The position numbers and the translations under genes were made by a program. Positions 41,928-51,513 of a DNA stretch of 51,513 nt are shown here, one piece after another. The stretch spans positions 1 to 51,513 of the forward strand of contig CAWJMT010000022.1 of assembly GCA_963844035.1 (NCBI GenBank), given 5' to 3'. This DNA is from an uncultured Gemmatimonadales bacterium (lineage in GTDB: Bacteria > Gemmatimonadota > Gemmatimonadetes > Gemmatimonadales > GWC2-71-9). The first letter of the stretch is position 1; the number at the start of each line of letters is the position of its first letter. Below the pieces are notes generated by a model that searched no databases, had not been told where the DNA came from, and saw only the letters and a program-made list of their open reading frames with translations.

Positions 41928-42942
41928 TCACCCCGCGTAGTCTTCGCGGCGAACCAGGCCGACGACGGGCTCGCCGAGAAGGTAGCGGCGCACATTCTCG
42001 GCGGCGCGGCCCAGGCCGAGCTCGAACCAGCCGGGGACGATGCCCGAGTTGTGCGGGGAGCCGAGCAAAGTTGGGGAGCTCGAGGAACGGGTGACCGACG
42101 CGCAGCCGGTCGTCGGGGAACGGCTCGTCCCACCAGACGTCGAGAGCGGCGGAGAACTCCGGGTGCTCCACGAGGTGCCGGTAGAGCGCCGCTTCGTCGA
42201 CGATGGGCCCGCGGGCGACGTTCACGAGGATCGCGCCGGGCCTCATCCAGTCCAGCTCACGCGCGCCGATGAGGCCGCGCGTGGCCGCCGGTCAGCGGCA
42301 GCGTGACCACGATGACGTCGGCGACGCGCAGGACCTGCTCGAGGTCGGCGAGCGTGCCGACGAAGTCGACCGGTTCGGACGTCGTGCCGCTCGAGTTGAG
42401 CGCCTCGACGCGCATCCCCAGCGCCCGCGCGAGGTGCGCGACGGCGCGGCCGCTGCCGCCGAAGCCGAGGATGGCGCAGGTGCCGCCGCGCAGCTCTCGG
42501 GTGGGCGCCTCCTGGTTGAAGGCGCCGCGCCGGAGCTCGCCCTGTTCGGCGAGCAGCCGCTTCGCGAGGGCCAGGATCATGGCGAGCACGTGCTCGGCCA
42601 TCGGTTCGGCCCAGCCGCCCGCGTTGCCGGCGACCATGACGCCGGCCGGAAGCGACGCGAACGGTACGTGGTCGACCCCCGCGGAGAGAGTCTGGACCAG
42701 GAGAGGGCGCGCGGCCGGGAAGCCCGCGAGGACCGTCCAGTCGTCGTCACCGAGCTCATCGCCGACGACCCACGAGAGCAAGGCGTCGGCGCGCGACAGC
42801 TCGGCGGCGCGGTCTGCGGGCGGGGACGTCGTCCAGAATACTTCACTGCGGCGACGTCGCCGAGAGCCTCCGCGACGAGCGCCCGCGCGCCTTCGTCCGC
42901 CGCGAACGTGACGAGCACACGCCGCTCTCTGGCGACGTCCAC
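41928..42942 (-). CDS. D-isomer-specific 2-hydroxyacid dehydrogenase, frameshifted
   Basis: [41 protein letters not shown]. Confidence 0.85.
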
Positions 42943-43110
42943 TGTTGTCTCTCGGCCAGGTTCCATGTACCCTCGGCGTTTCCGGAGCGACGCGCTCTCG
43001 AGCTCGCAGCCGTCGCCGGGATGCTACCAGAGAGTGCCGCGAGCGACACGCACGAGCGGCCGGCGACGGACGCACGCCGGCACTGTGACGCGCAGATCTG
43101 GGAGGTGTTC

Positions 43111-45130
<2,020 letters not shown>

Positions 45131-45146
45131 ACATCGCTTCCACGCT

Positions 45147-45374
45147 TTAGGTTCCGGAGCTGAAGTGGAAGTAGAGCGGCAGCAGGAAGGTCGCGAGGAA
45201 GATCAGCGCCAGGCCGACCGCGATGAGCGTCTTCGTACGGGTCAGGTGGCCGAGCACCGCGATTACGAAGCCGATGCCCAGCAGCATCAGGTAGCGCTTG
45301 GGGTCGGTGGCCTCGTCCTGGCTCGGCAGTCCGGGCAGCGCGCCCAGCACGAGGTGTGGCAGGCCGGGCGGCAT
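45147..45374 (-). CDS. Small two-TM membrane protein
   Basis: YLMLLGIGFVIAVLGHL and LIAVGLALIFLATFLLPLYF hydrophobic helices. Confidence 0.55.
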   Translation of the reverse strand: MPPGLPHLVLGALPGLPSQDEATDPKRYLMLLGIGFVIAVLGHLTRTKTLIAVGLALIFLATFLLPLYFHFSSGT

Positions 45375-45458
45375 CCAGAGGAAACGTACCCGCTGGAGAA
45401 GCGCCTCTCACGCACAACCGTGGCCCGCCCGCCGCCAGCCGAAAAGTATCCTTGCCCG

Positions 45459-46365
<907 letters not shown>

Positions 46366-47865
46366 CCCGAACCTCTACGGCGGCCTGCCCGGGAGCCCGG
46401 GCCTCCGGGCTTCGCCGCGCGCCTGCTCGAGCTCGCCGACGAGCTGCGCCAGCGAGGGCGTGGCCGTGGGCACCTCGGAGCTGCTCGACGCGTTCCAGGC
46501 GCTGCGACGAGCGTGAGCTGGACCGACCAGGAGGACTTCCGCGAGACGCTCGCCGCCACGCTGGCCAAGTCGCAGGAGGACCGCCACGTGCTCGACGTGC
46601 TCTTCGACCGCTTCTTCTTCCGCGCCGTGGAGCGCGAGGCGGTCGAGCGCGGCCTGACGCGAGGAGCGCTTCACGGGCGGCGAGGGGCTCGACCTCGACG
46701 AGCCTGCGCGACCGCATCCGCGACGCCATCCGCGCCGGAGTCGACGGCGAGATGCGCGACCTCGCCCGGCTCGCGATCGTGGCCTTCGGCCGCCAGGGCG
46801 AGGGCTCCGGGGTGATCGGCGTGGACGTGCAGCGCATCCGGCGCAGCCTCGGCCTCCGCGGCGAGCGCCAGAACCCCGCCGGGCCGAGCTGCCGGACCCG
46901 GACTCCGTGCCCCGCGACAACCTCCGAGGTTCGAGCAGCACGTGCGCCGCGAGCTCGAGCGCGCGCTGATCGAGCGCACCCGGGCGCTGCCGCCGGCGCG
47001 CCCGCTGCGCGAGCTCGACCGCGCGCTCCCCTCCAACCCGACCCAGGACCTGAGCCAGGTGCACCGGGTGGTGGCCCAGCTCAAGCGCCGCCTGGCCACG
47101 CAGGGCCGCGAGCATCGCGGGCGCCGGCGCAGCTGGCAGGTGGACGTGCGCCGCACGATGCGCGCCTCGCTCCAGACGGGCGGCGTGCCGCTGCGACCTC
47201 CGGTACCGCCCGCGGCGGCCGCGGCGCCCCGAGCTCTACGTGCTCTGCGACGTGTCCACGAGCGTCACCAGCGCCAGCGTCTTCTTCCTGTCCGTGCTCC
47301 ACGCGCTGCACGACCAGTTCCGCAAGCTGCGCTCGTTCGTGTTCGTCGAGCGGATCTCCGAGGTCACCGACGTCTTCGAGGCCGAGCGCTCGTTCGCCGC
47401 GGTGTCGCGGAAGATCGCCACCGACGCCGGCGTGGCCGACGTGTCCGGCTACACCGACTACGGCCGCGTATGGCTCGAGTTCCTCGACCAGGTGGTGGAC
47501 GACCTCGACCCGCGCTCCACGGTGATCGTGCTGGGCGACGCCCGCACCAACGGCCGCGAGCCGCACGCCGCCGCCTTCGGCCAGGTGGCCGACGCCGCCG
47601 GCCGGACGCTCTGGATCAACCCCGAGCCGCGCCTCTACTGGAACTACGGCGACTCGGTGATGTCGGCCTACGAGCCGTTCTGCGAGGGCGTCTTCGAGTG
47701 CTGGACCACGAAGCAGCTCGAGATCTTCGTGAACGCGCTCACCACCCAGCGCCCGACGTCCGCATAGCGGACGCTTGCGGATTCCAGGAACCGCGCATAC
47801 GATCGACTGATCCTGATTCAGCCGCCGGCTTTCAGGCGGCCCGCGAGACTCGGAGGTCTCGGACA

Positions 47866-48396
47866 ATGCGCAAGGCCCGTGGCCGTCTGACGGCCGTGCT
47901 CATAGCCGTGCTCGCGCTCGGCGCCGCCGCCGTTCCCGCCCAGGCGACGGGCGGCCACGCCTCCACCACGCTCCAGTTCGGCGGACGCACGAGCCAGTGC
48001 CCGCCGACCGCCGGCCGCTGCGCTCAGGTGGTCTTCCTGCTGGCGCGAAACATGCACAAGGTCAAGCAGTTCGCGATCGAGTACGCGGCGACCTGTCAGA
48101 GCAACCCCGGCGACCCCATCCTGGACGGCATCGGCACCGACACCCTCCCGATCAAAGCGAGCGGGCGCACCTACGCCTTCAACGCCAGCGGCACCTACGA
48201 CCTCGACCCGGACCCCGTGACCGGCAACAAGCGCCACGCCACCGTGGACTTCACGGCACGGGTCGGGCGCCACGGCCGCGCGAGGGGCACATTCGAGGCG
48301 ACGATCGACGTGGTCGACGCGAGCGGCCAGCAGGTCGACACCTGCACCACGGGCACCTCGGTCGTGACCTGGACCGCCCGGCTCCACAGGAGCTGA
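47866..48396 (+). CDS. Secreted hypothetical protein
   Basis: GGAGG RBS; signal peptide MRKARGRLTAVLIAVLALGAAAVPAQA; beta-rich body with four Cys. Confidence 0.7.
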   Translation: MRKARGRLTAVLIAVLALGAAAVPAQATGGHASTTLQFGGRTSQCPPTAGRCAQVVFLLARNMHKVKQFAIEYAATCQSNPGDPILDGIGTDTLPIKASGRTYAFNASGTYDLDPDPVTGNKRHATVDFTARVGRHGRARGTFEATIDVVDASGQQVDTCTTGTSVVTWTARLHRS

Positions 48397-48429
48397 GATC
48401 GCCCGCGCAGCGATACACTCGGGGCCGAT

Positions 48430-48534
48430 ACATCAGGGGGGCTCGCGGACAGGCGGGCTGAGATAGCGCTCTCGGATGCAAGTCGTCCGGCGCTGACCCT
48501 TCGAACCTGTGGGGTAATGCCCGCGGAGGGAGCT
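48430..48534 (+). ncRNA. TPP riboswitch
   Basis: GGGG-GCTCGC..GCGGGCTGAGA..TGACCCTTCGAACCTG-TGGGGTAATGCCCGCGGAGGGA matches the TPP core (CTGAGA, GAACCTG, TAATGC); lies directly upstream of a Thi-type ABC operon. Confidence 0.9.
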
Positions 48535-49358
48535 ATGCAGGTCGAGACCGAGGCTCCGGTGACGGAGCCTCGATCATTGGAGGGAATCGGGATCACGCTG
48601 AGCGGGGTAGGCGCGCCGTTTCGGCGCGGCGCCGGCGTCGTGACCGCGCTCGAGGGGCTCGACCTCGCCGTCGACGAGCCGGCGAGGTGGTGGCCGTGGT
48701 GGGCCCGTCGGGCTGCGGGAAGTCCACCCTGCTGGAGCTCGTGGCCGGGCTCCAGGAGCCGGACGACGGGCACGGTGGCGATCGAGGGCGCCGAGCCCGC
48801 GCGCCGGGCGCCGCGACGCGTCTGCGTACATGCCCCAGCGCGACCTGCTGCTGCCCTGGAGGGACGCGCTCGGGAACGCCGGCGCTGGCGCTCGAGTGCC
48901 AGGGCGTGCTCGAAGGCCGAGGCGCGGCGGCGCGCGGCAGCCGCTGTTCGAGCGCTTCGGCCTGAGCGAGTTCGAGCGCTCGCGATCCCGCCGCGCTCTC
49001 GGGCGGCATGCGCCAGCGCGTGGCCTTCCTGCGCACGCTGCTGGCCGGGCGCCCGGTCCTGCTCCTGGACGAGCCGTTCGGCGCGCTCGACTCGATCACC
49101 CGGCCGTCCATGCAGGAGTGGCTGGCCGGCGCCCTGGCCGCCGAGCCGCGCACCGTCGCTGCTGGTGACGCACGACATGGAGGAGGCGATCCTCCTGGCC
49201 GACCGGGTGGCGGTGCTCTCGGCCCGGCCCGGGCGGGTGGTGGCCGAGCTCGACGTGCGGCTCCCGCGGCCCCGCCGGCGCCGCGAGCGCTCGCGCGACG
49301 CCGGAGTTCGCGCGACTCGCCGGCGCGGGCGCTCGAGGCGCTCGGAGGGGCCGCGTGA
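48535..49358 (+). CDS. ABC transporter ATP-binding protein (ThiZ/TauB-like), frameshifted
   Basis: [51 protein letters not shown]. Confidence 0.88.
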
Positions 49359-50124
49359 AGGCGCTCCCGGATCCTGCTCGCCGGCCTGCTGCTCGCGGGC
49401 TTCGTGGCCGCCTGGCAGGGGGTGGCCTCGCTCCACGGCGTGGACGACCTCACGCTGGCCTCCCCGTCCGAGACCCTGACGCGCGCTGCGCGACGACTGG
49501 TCGCTGCTGATGACAACGCCCGCGTCACGCTCGATCGAGGTGGTGCTCGGCCTGGCCATCGCGGTCGTGGCCGGGGTGGCGCTGGCGGTGGCCTGATGCA
49601 CCTCTACCGGCCCCTGCGCGACGCCGCCTACCCGCTGCTCGTGGCCTCCCAGGCGATCCCGATCGTCGTGCTCGCGCCCCGATCTCGTGCTCGCCTTCGA
49701 CTACGGCATGGGGCCGAAGCTGGCGATCGTCGCGCTGATCTGCTTCTTCCCGATCACCGTGAACATGCTCGACGGCCTGCGCTCGGTGGCCGCCGGAGCT
49801 GCTCAAGCTGATGCGCAGCCTCGGCGCCTCGCGGCTCGCAGACGCTCGCAAGGTCGAGCTGCCCGTCATCGCTGCCGTTCTTCTTCAGCGGGCTGCGCGT
49901 GGCCGCCACGGTGTCGGTGATCGGCGCGGTGTTCGGCGAGTGGGCCGGCGCCGACAAGGGCCTCGGGCGGCTCGTGCTTCTCGGCAACAACCAGCTCCAG
50001 ACCCCCCGGGTCTACGCAGGCGTGGTGATCCTGCTGACCCTGATGGCGCGTGGCACTGTTCGCCCTGGCTACGCTCGCCGAGCGGATCGCCTGTCCATGG
50101 AGCCGGGAGGAATCCCACACGTGA
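49355..50124 (+). CDS. ABC transporter permease (ThiX-like), frameshifted
   Basis: [52 protein letters not shown]. Confidence 0.85.
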
Positions 50125-51140
50125 GATTGCGTCCGCCGTCCTGACCCTCCTCGCCCTGGCCGCCGCGCTGTGGCGCCGCCGGGTGCGGCGAGAAGAAGGA
50201 ACCCTCGGGCCCGAGGGGTCGCAGTCGGTATCGAGCTGATGCTCGACTTCTTCCCGAACGCCGATCACGCCGCCATCTACGCCGCCCAGGCGGCCGGGCT
50301 ACTTCACGCAGGCCGGGATCAGCGTGGAGATCCGCGGAGCCCAGCGACCCGTCGCGCCGCTGAAGCAGCTGGCCGCCGGCCGGGTGGACCTGGCCATCTC
50401 CTACGAGCCGGAGGTGCTGCGGGCACGCGACCAGGGGCTGCACGTGGTCGCCGTGGGAGCGCTCGTCCAGCGGCCGCTCACCTCGATCATCTCGCTTGCC
50501 AAGGCCGGGATCACCAGACGCGCGAAGGACCTGGCGGGCAAGACCGTGGGCACCGCCGGGATCGACTACCAGAGCGGCCTACCTCCAGACGATCCTGGCG
50601 GCCACGGCGTGAACCCGTCCAAGGTGAAGGAGCGCAACGTGGGCTTCGACCTGGTGCCCGCCCTCGTGACCGGCCGCGTCGACGCCATCCTCGGCGGCTT
50701 CTGGAACTACGAGGGGGTGCAGCTGCAGCTCGAGAAGCGGCACGCCGCGCATCATCCGCGTGGACCAGGTCGGGCGTGCCCGACCTACGACGAGCTGGTG
50801 CTCGTGGCCAACTCCGACGCGCTCGAGCGCGAGGCGGCGACCATCCGGGCGCTTCATCGGCGCCCTCTCGCGGGGGTGCGCGATCTGAAGGCGCGATCCG
50901 AACGAGCGCCATCGACGGGCCTGCTGAAGGCCAACCGCGACCTCGATCCCGGCCCTCCAGCGCGCGTCGCTGAAGGTCACGCTGCCGCTGTTCTCGCCGC
51001 CTCGGGGCAAGCCCTACGGCTAGCAGGACCCCGCCGAGTGGAGCGCGTTCGCCGGCTGGATGAACGAGAACGGGATCCTCAACGGCTCGAGCGCCGTGGG
51101 GGCCTTCACGAACCAGTTCCTGCCCGGGCAGGGCCTGTAG
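50121..51140 (+). CDS. ABC substrate-binding protein, NMT1/THI5 (ThiY-like), frameshifted
   Basis: LMLDFFPNADHAAIY, DLAISYEPEV, NVGFDLVPAL, GFWNYEG, PTYDELVLV. Confidence 0.85.
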
Positions 51141-51177
51141 GGAAGAATCCGCGGGGATGCCGCGTCTAACCGCTCAC

Positions 51178-51513
51178 ATGCCCAGAGCTCTCAAAATCCT
51201 CACCCTCGCGATCCTGCTGGTGGCGGTCACGTCCGTCGCGACGGCCCTGGCGGCCGGCGTGAAGACCGTGAAGGTCGGCGACTTCTTCTTCGTGAAGGAC
51301 ACCAACCACACCAATACCGTCCACGTGGCCAAGGGCCGCACGGTGCAGTGGAAGTGGGTCGGCACCCAGGACCACAACGTCACCGTGATCAAGGGTCCCG
51401 TGAAGTTCCACTCGCGCACGCAGGACCACGGCACCTACACGAAGACGCTGACGAAGCCCGGCACCTACCTCATCGAGTGCACGATCCACGGCTTCAAGAT
51501 GCGCCTCGTGGTC
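51178..51513 (+). CDS. Cupredoxin (plastocyanin/azurin-like) secreted copper protein; runs off the window end
   Basis: MPRALKILTLAILLVAV.. signal peptide; VGDFFF, GRTVQWKW, HNVT, PGTYLIECTIHGFKM type-1 copper ligands. Confidence 0.8.
   Translation, partial: MPRALKILTLAILLVAVTSVATALAAGVKTVKVGDFFFVKDTNHTNTVHVAKGRTVQWKWVGTQDHNVTVIKGPVKFHSRTQDHGTYTKTLTKPGTYLIECTIHGFKMRLVV

Noticed and set aside
46942..48396. VWA-secreted protein fusion
   Set aside because: Frameshift read-through; VWA ends at 47767 and the secreted protein has its own RBS, ATG and signal peptide

Overview
This window is not one chromosome. It looks like about five metagenomic fragments joined end to end, with junctions near 1505, 3965, 16070 and 45130. 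Each junction truncates a gene, and the sequence carries many long-read-type indels. (1) 1-~1505, bacterial: 3' part of a short uvrC containing an in-frame 9-bp repeat insert, then an RHH-antitoxin/RelE toxin pair. (2) ~1505-3965, Methanomicrobiales-like: TPR protein, degraded archaeal pilin-like gene, rubredoxin, DUF99. (3) ~3965-16070, Methanomicrobiales-like: gene-free AT-rich stretch with a degenerate inverted repeat, tRNA-Glu, ilvE, the coenzyme F430 operon cfbA-E-D-B (no cfbC), a divergent marker-9/citG/DUF447 operon, and heavily frameshifted hypC-hypA-hypE. (4) ~16070-45130, high-GC actinobacterial (Thermoleophilia-like): metF, cbiZ, an rpoD-like sigma factor, PDZ-less HtrA with an MprA-type box array, peptidases, a K+/H+ antiporter, an apparent Fic-HTH-nucleotidyltransferase fusion, PAS-GGDEF-EAL, an oxoamine synthase, a GT-C/hypothetical/twin B12-radical-SAM cluster, and truncated nifJ. 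(5) ~45130-end, high-GC: MoxR/VWA pair, TPP riboswitch with a ThiXYZ-type ABC transporter, and a cupredoxin. No CRISPR array, rRNA or transposase was seen. The best novelty candidates are the Fic-NTase fusion and the glycosyltransferase/twin cobalamin radical SAM locus. All family and taxonomic assignments come from motif recognition, not database searches.
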